A stretch of DNA of 64,000 nucleotides, taken from Mycobacteriales bacterium. Its GTDB lineage: Bacteria; Actinomycetota; Actinomycetes; Mycobacteriales; QHCD01. The translations under genes and the position numbers were made by a program. Below, piece by piece: positions 30,186 to 40,058 of this stretch. The stretch lies in the NCBI GenBank assembly GCA_040414495.1, contig JBEDUI010000296.1, forward strand, positions 4,847-68,846, written 5' to 3'. Position 1 is the first letter of the stretch. Each line of letters begins with the position of its first letter. The notes beneath the pieces were generated by a model. It saw only the letters and a program-made list of their open reading frames with translations, did not search any database and had not been told where the DNA came from.

Positions 30186-31919
30186 GTGCTGATCCGTCTT
30201 GTGCGCGCGTATTTGCGCCCGTATCGCAAACCGATCGCGTTGGTGGTCCTGCTCCAACTCCTGCAGACGCTGGCGACGCTCTACCTGCCCACGCTGAACG
30301 CGGACATCATCGACAAGGGCGTGGTCACGGGCGACACCGGGTACATCATGCGGACCGGCGGTGTGATGATCGCCGTGACGCTTGGTCAAATCCTCTGCTC
30401 GGTGGCCGCGGTCTACTTCGGCGCGCGTACGGCGATGGCGTTGGGGCGGGACGTGCGGCGTGGCGTGTTCGGCAAGGTGCAGGAGTTCTCGGCCCGCGAG
30501 GTCGGCCATTTCGGCACGCCGTCGCTGATCACCCGCACCACCAACGACGTGCAGCAAGTGCAGATGCTCGTCCTCATGACGCTGACCATGATGGTATCGG
30601 CACCGATCATGTGCGTCGGTGGCGTGATCCTCGCGCTCAATCAGGACGTACCGCTCTCCGGCCTGCTATTGGTGATCGTGCCGGTGCTGGCGCTGGTTGT
30701 TTTTCTCATCATTTCCCGGATGCGACCGTTGTTCCGGCTGATGCAGACCCGGATCGACACGATCAACCGGGTGTTGCGGGAGCAGATCACCGGTGTTCGG
30801 GTCGTCCGAGCCTTCGTCCGCGACCCCAGGGAACGCGATCGGTTCGCTGGTTCGAACGACCAGTTGTTCACCGTGTCGCTCGGCGTCGGCCGGCTGATGG
30901 CGTTGATGTTTCCCGCGGTCATGCTCGTGTTCAACGCATCCAGCGTCGCGGTGATGTGGTTCGGTGGTCACCGGATCGACAGCGGTCACATGCAGATCGG
31001 CGCATTGACGGCATTTCTCAGCTATCTGATGCAGATTCTGATGTCGGTCATGATGGCGACGTTCATGTTCATGATGGTCCCGCGGGCCGAGGTGTGCGCC
31101 GAGCGCATTCAGGAAGTACTGCGCACCGATTCCAGCGTCGTCGTCCGCCGCAACCCCGTCCGTACCCTGCATGCCCGCGGTGAGTTGGAATTGCGGGACG
31201 TCGAATTCCGGTACCCCGGTGCCGAGCAGCCGGTGCTGCGCGGCATCAGCCTGGTCGCACATCCCGGTCAGATCACGGCCGTGATCGGGAGTACGGGTTC
31301 AGGGAAGACGACGTTGTTGAATCTGGTTCCGCGACTGTTCGACGCCACCGGAGGTTCGGTCAGCGTCGATGGCGTGGATGTACGCACGATGGATAAGGCG
31401 CTGCTGTCCAGCGTGATCGGTCTGGTTCCGCAACGGCCGTATCTGTTCTCCGGCACGGTCGCCTCGAATTTGCGGTACGGAAATACGCAGGCCAGCGACG
31501 AGGAATTGTGGCGGGCATTGGAAATCGCGCAGGCACGCGATTTCGTCGAGCGGTTCCCTGAGCAGTTGGAAGCGCCGATCGCCCAGGGCGGGACGAACGT
31601 GTCCGGTGGTCAGCGACAACGGCTGGCGATCGCCCGCGCGTTGGTGCACCGGCCCGAGATCTACCTGTTCGATGACTCGTTCTCGGCTCTGGACTACGCC
31701 ACGGACGCGGCTTTGCGTGCGGCATTGGCCCGCGAGACGTCGGACGCGACGGTCGTGATCGTTGCCCAGCGGGTGAGCACGATCCGGCACGCCGACCGGA
31801 TCGTGGTGCTCGACGAGGGGCGGGTTGTCGGGACCGGCACCCACCACGAGCTGATGGATACCAACGAGACGTACCGCGAGATCGTGCTCTCGCAGCTGAC
31901 CGAGCAGGAGGCGGCGTGA
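30186..31919 (+). CDS. ABC exporter, fused permease/ATPase subunit 1
   Basis: Six-TM N-terminal half, then GSTGSGKTT (Walker A), VSGGQRQRLAIARAL (signature), IYLFDDSFSALD (Walker B). GTG 30186. Confidence 0.9.
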   Translation: MLIRLVRAYLRPYRKPIALVVLLQLLQTLATLYLPTLNADIIDKGVVTGDTGYIMRTGGVMIAVTLGQILCSVAAVYFGARTAMALGRDVRRGVFGKVQEFSAREVGHFGTPSLITRTTNDVQQVQMLVLMTLTMMVSAPIMCVGGVILALNQDVPLSGLLLVIVPVLALVVFLIISRMRPLFRLMQTRIDTINRVLREQITGVRVVRAFVRDPRERDRFAGSNDQLFTVSLGVGRLMALMFPAVMLVFNASSVAVMWFGGHRIDSGHMQIGALTAFLSYLMQILMSVMMATFMFMMVPRAEVCAERIQEVLRTDSSVVVRRNPVRTLHARGELELRDVEFRYPGAEQPVLRGISLVAHPGQITAVIGSTGSGKTTLLNLVPRLFDATGGSVSVDGVDVRTMDKALLSSVIGLVPQRPYLFSGTVASNLRYGNTQASDEELWRALEIAQARDFVERFPEQLEAPIAQGGTNVSGGQRQRLAIARALVHRPEIYLFDDSFSALDYATDAALRAALARETSDATVVIVAQRVSTIRHADRIVVLDEGRVVGTGTHHELMDTNETYREIVLSQLTEQEAA

Positions 31920-34123
31920 GCGCGCAGAATCCGTCCGGTAACGGGTCCCGGCCCAAGCCGTCGCCGCACCCGACACCCACGCCGTCGCCACAGGATGCAT
32001 CGGCATCGCCGCGGGACGCATTGGCGCAGTCCGCGCCGGCAGCCAACACCGGACCGCCGCCCGGTAGCAGCAGCCCACCCGCGCCGGCAACGAATGCCGG
32101 AGCGCCGGCTGCTGACGGTGGCACGCAGGCACCGGCGGCAGCCAACGGCGGACAGCCTGGGCGAGCCGTTCCGACCCGAGGACCCGGACCGTCCGCGGCC
32201 GAGCGGCGCGGGCCGGGCGGGTTCATGGCCGGAATGTCCACCGAGAAATCGCTGGATTTCCGCGGCTCGGGCAAGCGGTTGCTGGGCATGCTGCGGCCGG
32301 AACGACCGCGCATGATTCTGATCGGAATTCTCGCCATCGCCAGCGTCGGCCTGTCGGTGCTGGGTCCGAAGATCCTCGGTCACGCCACCGACCTGATCTT
32401 CGCCGGCGTGATCGGCCACTCGCTGCCGGCCGGGTTGAGCAAATCCGAGGCGATCGCGGGGCTGCGCCGTGACGGTCACGGGCAGATCGCCGACATGCTC
32501 AAATCGGTCGACGTCATTCCCGGCCAGGGCGTCAATTTCGACAAGGTCGGCGAGGTGCTGCTGGCCGTCATTCTCATCTATGTCGCGGCATCCATATTGA
32601 TGTGGCTGCAGGGTCGGCTCACCACGACGGTCGTCCAGCGTTCGATTTTCCGGATGCGCCGTGATGTGCAGGCCAAGCTCAGCCGGTTGCCGCTCAGCTA
32701 TTTCGACCAACAGCCACGCGGTGAGATTCTGTCGAAGGTCACCAACGACATCGACAACATCGCCCAGACCCTGCAGCAGTCGATGAGCCAGCTGGTGACC
32801 TCGCTGCTCACTGTTGTCGGCGTGCTGACCGTGATGTTCGTGATTTCGCCGTTGCTGGCCGTGATCGCGCTCGTGACGGTACCGGTGTCGGTCATGGTGG
32901 CCGCGCGCATCGGTAAGCGGGCGCAGCCGCAGTTCGTGTCCCAGTGGACGACGACCGGCAAGCTCAACGGTCATATCGAGGAGATGTACACCGGGCATTC
33001 GCTGGTGAAGGCTTTTGGTCGGCAGGCCGAGGCCCAGGCCGTTTTCGATGAGCACAACGAGCAGTTGTTCACCTCCAGCTTCAAGGCGCAGTTCATTTCC
33101 GGCACCATCCAGCCGGCGATGATGTTCATCGGCAACCTGAACTACGTGCTGGTCGCGGTGGTTGGTGCGCTACGAGTCGCCTCCGGTGCGCTGACCCTGG
33201 GCGATGTGCAGGCGTTCATCCAGTATTCGCGGCAATTCAGCCAGCCACTGACTCAGGTGGCGAGCATGGCCAACCTGTTGCAGTCGGGTGTGGCCTCGGC
33301 CGAGCGGGTATTCGCGTTGCTCGATGCCGACGAGCAGAGCCCGGATCCGACGGCGCCGGTGCGGCCGGCCGACGTTCGTGGCCAGGTCGAATTCCACCAC
33401 GTCTCGTTCCGGTATGAGCCGGACAAGCCGCTCATCGAGGATCTGTCACTGTCCGTTGCGCCGGGGCAGACGGTCGCCATCGTCGGGCCGACCGGAGCCG
33501 GCAAGACCACGCTGGTCAACCTGCTGATGCGCTTTTACGAAGTGACCGGTGGGCACATCACGTTGGACGGCGTCGACGTGGCGTCCATGACCCGGGAGGA
33601 CCTGCGGTCGCGGACCGGCATGGTGCTGCAGGATGCCTGGCTCTTCGGCGGGACGATCGCGGAGAACATCGCCTACGGCGCGCCGAATGCGCCCATGGAC
33701 CGGATCGTCGAGGCGGCGCAGGCCACCCACGTCAACCGGTTCGTTCGCACGCTGCCCGATGGCTACGAGACCGTGCTCGACGACGAGGGCGACACGGTCA
33801 GTGCCGGCGAGAAACAGCTGATCACCATCGCCCGGGCGTTCCTGGCCGAGCCGGCGATCCTGATCCTGGACGAGGCGACCAGCTCGGTCGACACCCGTAC
33901 CGAGGTGCTGATCCAGCGGGCCATGAACTCGCTGCGCCGCGGCCGTACGAGCTTCGTCATCGCGCACCGACTCTCCACGATCCGGGATGCGGACCTGATT
34001 CTGGTGATGGAAGACGGCGCGATCGTCGAACAGGGCACGCACGATGAGCTCGTGGAAGCTGGCGGCGCCTATTCGCGGCTGTACTCGGCGCAGTTCGCCC
34101 AAGCCGTAGCCGAAGTCGACTGA
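31916..34123 (+). CDS. ABC exporter, fused permease/ATPase subunit 2, with Pro/Ala-rich N-terminal extension
   Basis: GTG 31916 overlaps the upstream stop (GTGA). About 105 low-complexity residues precede the TM domain. GPTGAGKTT, SAGEKQLITIARA, ILILDEATSSVD. An alternative start near 32225 (MAGMSTEK) is possible. Confidence 0.85.
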   Translation: MSAQNPSGNGSRPKPSPHPTPTPSPQDASASPRDALAQSAPAANTGPPPGSSSPPAPATNAGAPAADGGTQAPAAANGGQPGRAVPTRGPGPSAAERRGPGGFMAGMSTEKSLDFRGSGKRLLGMLRPERPRMILIGILAIASVGLSVLGPKILGHATDLIFAGVIGHSLPAGLSKSEAIAGLRRDGHGQIADMLKSVDVIPGQGVNFDKVGEVLLAVILIYVAASILMWLQGRLTTTVVQRSIFRMRRDVQAKLSRLPLSYFDQQPRGEILSKVTNDIDNIAQTLQQSMSQLVTSLLTVVGVLTVMFVISPLLAVIALVTVPVSVMVAARIGKRAQPQFVSQWTTTGKLNGHIEEMYTGHSLVKAFGRQAEAQAVFDEHNEQLFTSSFKAQFISGTIQPAMMFIGNLNYVLVAVVGALRVASGALTLGDVQAFIQYSRQFSQPLTQVASMANLLQSGVASAERVFALLDADEQSPDPTAPVRPADVRGQVEFHHVSFRYEPDKPLIEDLSLSVAPGQTVAIVGPTGAGKTTLVNLLMRFYEVTGGHITLDGVDVASMTREDLRSRTGMVLQDAWLFGGTIAENIAYGAPNAPMDRIVEAAQATHVNRFVRTLPDGYETVLDDEGDTVSAGEKQLITIARAFLAEPAILILDEATSSVDTRTEVLIQRAMNSLRRGRTSFVIAHRLSTIRDADLILVMEDGAIVEQGTHDELVEAGGAYSRLYSAQFAQAVAEVD

Positions 34124-34229
34124 TGTTTTGGGCCGCGGTCATGACTCTGGGTGTGAGCCGCGGGCGGTTAGCCGGGCCACGCCGGCAGCAGGTCCGATGA
34201 CCGTCCGCGCTCAATATTGAGTTCGAGTG

Positions 34230-34430
34230 CTAGGCGCGCCGCCGCCCGAAAAGCCAGTACGCCGCCGATCCGGTGGTGTTGAGGGCGCTGGCCGCACGCC
34301 AGGCCTTTTTGTTGCCGCGAACCTGTCCGGACGAGCGACCGCGCAGATCGCGCCATGTCAGCGTCATGACCGCGAGGTGCACCACGGCAATGCCAGCGAG
34401 GACGAATTTGTTCGGTTTGCGTTTGTTCAC
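34230..34430 (-). CDS. small membrane protein, PLDc_N-like (cardiolipin-synthase N-terminal domain type)
   Basis: GTG 34430 with gagaggag RBS. VNKRKPNKFVLAGIAVVHLAVMTLTWRDL..KKAWRAASALNTTGSAAYWLFGRRR. Family call is from pattern memory only. Confidence 0.5.
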   Translation of the reverse strand: MNKRKPNKFVLAGIAVVHLAVMTLTWRDLRGRSSGQVRGNKKAWRAASALNTTGSAAYWLFGRRRA

Positions 34431-34860
34431 CGCTGACTCCTCTCTACCTACTGTGATCCTGGCACGAAGAGTATGGAGCGCGTCCGCCGCTGCGGCATGC
34501 TCATTTGTGCTATAGGCAACTTCCCGGCGTCTGCGCCACGTTGTCGCGTGCACGGCAGGAATGCTGCGTACCGGGAAATCCAATCGACCGGAAAATGCAG
34601 CCTACGCCGGTAACAATGCCATCGCGGAAATGTCGGCTAAATTAGCCGAACGCCGGAATCCTGGACCCGAGAATTACCTGGGAAATTCTTAAGAACGTAC
34701 TCGGCGATCCGTGACGAGGACAAATCGCTCCCAATTTACGTCGCGGCTCGGGAGAAATGCATCGCATCGTGGGTTGTCCGCTAGCTGAGCACTGCCGGGG
34801 CTGCCGTTGGCGGTGCGTTCGTGACGGCCCGGTGAGATGGCTGCGCGCGCCCGGCGGGAC

Positions 34861-35056
34861 TGAGCCAGCTCGGGTCGAGTTGTTGAGCGCTTCTGGGGCG
34901 GGTTGGCACTCAGCCAGCTCGGGTCAAGTTGTTGAGCGCTTCGGGGTTGTTTGGACACTGGGGCTGCCGGGTTGAGTTGCGGAGCGCGGCGGGGGCGTGT
35001 TGGCACTGAGCCCGCCCGGGGTTGAGTTGCGGAGCGCGGCGCTGCTGGGCGATGCC
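34861..35056. repeat. 48-49-bp minisatellite, 4 degenerate tandem copies
   Basis: Units at 34861-34909, 34910-34958, 34959-35006 and 35007-about 35056. Shared core G(G)GTYRAGTTGYKGAGCGC and ..TTGGCAC ends. Units 1/2 and 3/4 are the closest pairs. Confidence 0.8.
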
Positions 35057-35098
35057 GCTAATTGTGCCGAACGTCTGTGTCTGGCTACTTAATTGGGC

Positions 35099-35140
35099 GC
35101 AGCCCTGCCGCGGAGTCGAGGAAAACCGCGGCAGGGCTGC
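35099..35140 (-). terminator. 15-bp-stem hairpin after the HtrA-like protease gene
   Basis: gcagccctgccgcgg-N12-ccgcggcagggctgc, 21 nt beyond the minus-strand stop at 35161. No U-tract. Confidence 0.6.
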
Positions 35141-35160
35141 TGTGGACGGGTTGGCGCGAC

Positions 35161-37044
35161 TTAGGAATCTGAGCCGAGCGTGACCCGGGTGGTATGGGTA
35201 TGGCCGCTGCGCGTGTAAGTCACCGTGACGGTGTCGCCCGGGCGGTGCGACCGGACAGCGGCAATCAGCGCGTCGTCGGAGTCGATTTCCCGGTCGTTGA
35301 GCTTGGTGATGACGTCCCCGGCCTTCAGCCCGGCCTTCGCGCCGGCCTCGCCCGGATTCACTGAACGCAGCTGCGCACCGATCGGCACCCCGTTGTTGTT
35401 GGAGGCGCTGACGACCCCGACCCCGATCTGTGCGTGCGTGGCCTTGCCGTTCTTGATGAGCTGGTCGACGATCGGCCGCGCCTCGTTGATCGGAATCGCG
35501 AATCCCAACCCGATCGAGCCGGACTGTGAGCCGCTGCTGGAGCTGCCACCCAGACTGGCAATCGACTGGTTTATGCCGACGACCTGCCCGTCCATGTTGA
35601 CCAGCGCGCCACCGGAGTTACCCGGATTGATGGCCGCATCGGTCTGGATGGCGTCAATGACGGTCGCCTGTACGGCCTGGTTGTTGTTGCCGTTGCCGTT
35701 TCCGTTCCCATTGCCCGGGAAACCGGGTGGAAGCTGCTGATTCGGGTCCTGCCCACCACCGCTGCCCGAATCGCTGGTGTTGACCGGCCGGTTGAGTGCG
35801 CTCACGATGCCGGTGGTCACGGTGCCGGACAGGCCGAGCGGCGAACCGATCGCCACAACCGGCTGACCGACCTGCAGCGCGCCCGAGGAGCCCAAGGTCG
35901 CCGGCTGCGCGCCGGTCACGTTCTTGGCCTTGATGACCGCCAGGTCGGTCACCGTGTCGCGCCCGAGGATGCTGGCGTCAACGGTCTTGCCGTCGTTGAA
36001 CGTCACGCTGATCGAGCCCTGGCCGCCCGCCGCGGAGGAGATGACGTGGTTGTTGGTCAGGATCTCGCCATCCGAGCTCAGGATGATGCCGGTTCCCTCG
36101 TCACCGCTGCCGTCGCCCTGACTGACGGTGATCGAGACAACGCTCGGCAGCACCTGCTGCGCGACCTTCTGCACGGAACCGTTCGACGGCTTCTGGGCCG
36201 AGGTGTTCTTCGCCGGCGGGTTGGCCAACGAGCTGACCACAGTCTTGCCACCGCTGCCGCCCCAGCTGTGTTCGATCGCCGCGCCGGCGCCGCCGCCGAC
36301 GATCGCCGCCACGAGCACCGCCACCGCGACCGGGACGAGATGACGACGATTGCCGTCGTTCTTGCTGGAAAGCTGCGTGTACGTCAACGGTTGCGTCTGC
36401 TGGGCCGGATACGAACCGGTCGAATATGGGCCGTAGTACCCGGCCTGCCCGGAACCGCCGTAGTGCTGTTGTGATCCGCTCTGACGCGCCCAGGGGGAGG
36501 GCATCGGTCCGGTCGGCTGCTGGCCGGCCGCGCCCTGGTCGTACGGCTGCTGTGCCGATTGCTGGGCCGAGCCGTGGCCCTCGGATGACTGTGGGTTCGG
36601 CTGCTGCGCCGAGCCGTAGCGGCCGGGCGACTGCGCGCGCGGCGGTCCTTCGTACGGCTGCTGAGTGGGAGAACCCTCGGACGACCGCTGGCCGGAAGAG
36701 CCCTCGTCCGGCGCGCTGCCGGAACCTTGATGCGGCGCGCGCCCCGAGCCGGGCGGCTGGTCCGAGCCGGCGTACGACTGGCCGCCTGAGTCCTGCCCCT
36801 GGTTCTCGTACGGATCGCCGGCCGATCCCGATCGGCCGCCCTGACCGTAAGGCTGGGATCCAGCCTGCTCGGGGGGTTGAACAGCGTCGTCGTGGTCCAC
36901 GGTGGACTCCTGACCTGCAGGGGCGGCACCTCGGTCTTCGAACGGCCACGCATCGTGGGGCTGATCGCCCTCGCCCGTCTTGGGGGGCTGCTGTGGGTGA
37001 GCGTTGTGCTCGGACGGGTCGTTCGTACCGGGATGTTCGCTCAT
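35161..37044 (-). CDS. trypsin-like serine protease with C-terminal PDZ domain (HtrA/PepD-like)
   Basis: 627 aa. About 250 aa of Q/G/S/P-rich N-terminus, a TM helix (LVPVAVAVLVAAIVGGGAGAAI), then ..ILTNNHVI.., ..DLAVIK.., ..GNSGGALVN.. catalytic-triad motifs and a PDZ region. Confidence 0.9.
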   Translation of the reverse strand: MSEHPGTNDPSEHNAHPQQPPKTGEGDQPHDAWPFEDRGAAPAGQESTVDHDDAVQPPEQAGSQPYGQGGRSGSAGDPYENQGQDSGGQSYAGSDQPPGSGRAPHQGSGSAPDEGSSGQRSSEGSPTQQPYEGPPRAQSPGRYGSAQQPNPQSSEGHGSAQQSAQQPYDQGAAGQQPTGPMPSPWARQSGSQQHYGGSGQAGYYGPYSTGSYPAQQTQPLTYTQLSSKNDGNRRHLVPVAVAVLVAAIVGGGAGAAIEHSWGGSGGKTVVSSLANPPAKNTSAQKPSNGSVQKVAQQVLPSVVSITVSQGDGSGDEGTGIILSSDGEILTNNHVISSAAGGQGSISVTFNDGKTVDASILGRDTVTDLAVIKAKNVTGAQPATLGSSGALQVGQPVVAIGSPLGLSGTVTTGIVSALNRPVNTSDSGSGGGQDPNQQLPPGFPGNGNGNGNGNNNQAVQATVIDAIQTDAAINPGNSGGALVNMDGQVVGINQSIASLGGSSSSGSQSGSIGLGFAIPINEARPIVDQLIKNGKATHAQIGVGVVSASNNNGVPIGAQLRSVNPGEAGAKAGLKAGDVITKLNDREIDSDDALIAAVRSHRPGDTVTVTYTRSGHTHTTRVTLGSDS

Positions 37045-37134
37045 GATGCTTAGGATTACCAGACAGGCTGAGAAGAAACTGAGTCTGACCTGAGGCGTCG
37101 GAAAGAAATCTCCCGCCGGCCCAAGGCCCGTTTT

Positions 37135-37662
37135 CTAGAACGGTAACCGAGGCGGCAGCGACCCTTCCAGCTCCAGCAACCACCGTTTGGTCTCCAACCC
37201 GCCGCCAAAACCGCCGAGTTGGCCGCCGCTGGCCGTAACCCGGTGACACGGAACGATGACCGGCAGCGGGTTCGAGCCCATGATCTGGCCGACGACACGC
37301 GCCGCGTTCGGCTGGCCGGACCGCACCGCCAACTCCTGGTACGTGACGGTTTCGCCGAACCCGACCGTCTCGTATAGCACCTGCAGTACGTGCCGGCCAA
37401 AGGATGCGGTTCGCTCCCAGTCCAACGGCACGTCGAACTCATGCCGCCCGCCGGCCAGGTACTCCCGCAGTTGGTCGGCGGCGAGCTTCGCGATCTGAGT
37501 CGCCGGCCCGTCAGGGTTGGGTGGGTTGCCGGAATTCGGCGGATTACGCAAAAAATTGATCGAACCGACCCCGGCCGCGGTAGCGATCACCCGCAGCCCG
37601 CCGAACGGCGCCGTAACGTCATATACCGCCCGCACGACCGATCCAGATAGTGCTTCGCGCAT
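37135..37662 (-). CDS. ogt: methylated-DNA--protein-cysteine methyltransferase
   Basis: ..TYQELAVRSGQPNAARVVGQIMGSNPLPVIVPCHRV.. (PCHR active site). ATG 37662 chosen within track ORF 37135..37767. Confidence 0.85.
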   Translation of the reverse strand: MREALSGSVVRAVYDVTAPFGGLRVIATAAGVGSINFLRNPPNSGNPPNPDGPATQIAKLAADQLREYLAGGRHEFDVPLDWERTASFGRHVLQVLYETVGFGETVTYQELAVRSGQPNAARVVGQIMGSNPLPVIVPCHRVTASGGQLGGFGGGLETKRWLLELEGSLPPRLPF

Positions 37663-37816
37663 TAGCTCAGTCTGGCCGGTCGGTACGACAGTTTCGCGCC
37701 GGGCGCTTCGTTCAGTGCGATGAGGTCGGTCGGCACAGCCGACCGGGACCGGCGCAGGTCGGTCCATACCGCCGCGGCGAATACGGGCGAAACCTCGGCA
37801 CGCCGGCGAATCGGGC

Positions 37817-39352
37817 TCAGCCGTCGGCCCAGTCCGGCCGGCCGGGCACGGCCATGGTCAACAAGGCACCGCCGGAGGGCGACCGGCCCACGTTGACGTA
37901 CCCGCCGTGCCGCTCTGCCGTCTGCCGGACGATGGCCAGGCCGAGCCCGGAACCGGGCAGCCCGCGCGCATCGGTGGCCCGATAGAACCGTTCGAAGACG
38001 TGCGGCACGTCGGTCTCGGAGATGCCCGGCCCTTCGTCGCCGACCTGCAGCACGCCGTCCTGCAGCGTCACCGTCACGGTGCCGCCGCGCGGGCTCCACT
38101 TCGCCGCGTTGTCGAGCAGATTGGTGATCGCGCGTTCGAGCGAGCTGGCGTCGCCGAACAGGTTCCACGGCGCCATGTGGACCTCGAACGTCACGCCCGG
38201 CGCCCGCCGGCGGACCCGTTGCAGCGCATGGTCGAGCACGGCGGCCAGATCGACTGACTCGGGCGCGGCCGGCGCGCCTTCGGTGCGGGCGAGTTCAACC
38301 AGATCACCGACCAGCGCGCTCAACTCCTCCAGCTGTGCCCGTACGTCGGCCATCAACTCGTCGCGATCCTGTGGCGCCAGCTGCGAGCCGGTGTCGGTGG
38401 TGGTCTGGGCCAGCAGGTCGAAGTTCGTACGCAGGCTGGTCAGCGGGGTGCGCAGCTCGTGCCCCGCGTCCGCCACCAGCTGGCGTTGTCGTTCCCGCGA
38501 CTGGGCCAGCGCGCCCAACATCGAGTTGAAGCTGCTGGTCAGCCGGGCCAGCTCGTCGGTGCCACGGACCGGGATCGGGGTGAGGTCCTCGGTCCGCGCG
38601 ATGTGCTCGGTCGCCGCGGTCAGCCGTTCGACCGGCCGCAGGCCCTCGCGGGCGATGCCAAGGCCGGCAACGGTGGCCACCACGATGCCGCCGACACCGA
38701 CGATGAACATCACCAACGCCATGCGGTTCAGCTCGTTGTTGGTGTCGGTCAGCGACTGGGCCAGCACCAGCGCGTTGCCCTGACCAACCGGAACCGCGAC
38801 GACGCGATACGGCGTACCGTTCGCCGAAATCGTACGGATCGACGAGTCCTCCAGACCGATCGCGACCGCATACTCGGGCGCGCCGACACGAGGCATGCCG
38901 GACTGCTTGACGATCACGGACGACGAATCGACCATGGCGAGCTTCACGTCCGACGCGATGCCGGACAGGACCTGGGTGACCAGATCACGTTGGCCCGCGC
39001 CGCTCTGCGCCAGGCTGGAGATGATCGGCGTCTGGGCCGCACCCTGAGCTCGCGCGGTCAGGCTGCTGTCGAGGTGCGAGTGCAACTCGTACTGAACCGT
39101 GAAGTACGCCGCCAGTGACGCCAACGCCACGGCCAGACCGACCGCGACGGCGACCAGCAACGCCACCCGGGCGCGCAGGCTGGTCCGCCGTCGCACCTTC
39201 CGCGGCTCCGGGGGCGGCGGGGGTCCGAGCTCAACGGTGTCCGGTGGCGCCGGCGGGTGTTCAACGTTGGACGAGGCATGGTCGGCAGCGTGGTGTTCCA
39301 CCGCGTGGTTGGCATCCACACCGGTCCAGCCGCCAGGTGAAGAAGAACTCAT
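37817..39352 (-). CDS. two-component sensor histidine kinase (MprB-like)
   Basis: Two TM segments, HAMP, ..[17 protein letters not shown].. H-box, ..NLLDNAAKW.. and ..GSGLGLAIV.. ATPase boxes. Confidence 0.9.
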   Translation of the reverse strand: MSSSSPGGWTGVDANHAVEHHAADHASSNVEHPPAPPDTVELGPPPPPEPRKVRRRTSLRARVALLVAVAVGLAVALASLAAYFTVQYELHSHLDSSLTARAQGAAQTPIISSLAQSGAGQRDLVTQVLSGIASDVKLAMVDSSSVIVKQSGMPRVGAPEYAVAIGLEDSSIRTISANGTPYRVVAVPVGQGNALVLAQSLTDTNNELNRMALVMFIVGVGGIVVATVAGLGIAREGLRPVERLTAATEHIARTEDLTPIPVRGTDELARLTSSFNSMLGALAQSRERQRQLVADAGHELRTPLTSLRTNFDLLAQTTTDTGSQLAPQDRDELMADVRAQLEELSALVGDLVELARTEGAPAAPESVDLAAVLDHALQRVRRRAPGVTFEVHMAPWNLFGDASSLERAITNLLDNAAKWSPRGGTVTVTLQDGVLQVGDEGPGISETDVPHVFERFYRATDARGLPGSGLGLAIVRQTAERHGGYVNVGRSPSGGALLTMAVPGRPDWADG

Positions 39353-40035
39353 GGTGGGGTCTCGCGCAGCGCGTACCCAACGCCGCGCACGGTGTGGATC
39401 AGGCGGGGTTCACCCTCGGCCTCGGTCTTGCGACGCAGATAGCCGACGTAAACCTCGAGCGAATTCTCGGTCGTGGGGAAGTCGTAGCCCCAGACCTCCT
39501 CCAGGATGCGGGCCCGGGACAGCACTCGGCGTGGGTTCTGCATCAGCAGCTCGAGCAGGCTGAACTCGGTCCGGGTCAGTCGGATCTCCCGCGCACCCCG
39601 GCGTACCTCGCGGGTGCCGAGGTCCATCGACAGGTCGGCGAAGCTGAGCACCTCGCCCTTGAGGTCGGCGGCGCCGTGCACCCGCCGCAGCAACGCGCGC
39701 AGCCGGGCCAGCAGCTCCTCCAGCGCGAATGGCTTCGGCAGGTAGTCGTCAGCGCCGGCATCCAGTCCGGCCACCCGGTCGGAGACCATTTCGCGCGCGG
39801 TCAACATCAGTACGGGCAGATCGTCGCCGGAGGCCCGCAGCCGCCGGCACGTCTCCAGCCCGTCCATGCGCGGCATCATCACGTCGAGTACGAGCGCATC
39901 GGGCCGTTGGTCGGCGACGGCCTGCAACGCCTCCAGCCCGTCCGACGCCAGCTCGACGTCGTACCCGTTGAAGGACAGCGACCGACGCAACGACTCCCGT
40001 ACGGGTCGGTCGTCATCAGCTACGAGAATCCGCAC
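39349..40035 (-). CDS. OmpR-family response regulator (MprA-like)
   Basis: [36 protein letters not shown]..; winged-helix C-terminus ..[15 protein letters not shown] 40035. ATGA overlap with the kinase start. The 518-aa track ORF is an artefactual extension. Confidence 0.9.
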   Translation of the reverse strand: MRILVADDDRPVRESLRRSLSFNGYDVELASDGLEALQAVADQRPDALVLDVMMPRMDGLETCRRLRASGDDLPVLMLTAREMVSDRVAGLDAGADDYLPKPFALEELLARLRALLRRVHGAADLKGEVLSFADLSMDLGTREVRRGAREIRLTRTEFSLLELLMQNPRRVLSRARILEEVWGYDFPTTENSLEVYVGYLRRKTEAEGEPRLIHTVRGVGYALRETPP

Positions 40036-40058
40036 ACAGGTCAGTGTGCCGCGCCCGG

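Noticed and set aside
34861-35056. Possible CRISPR array
   Set aside because: The units abut each other with no unique spacers and are degenerate. There are no cas genes in the window. This is a minisatellite, not a CRISPR array.
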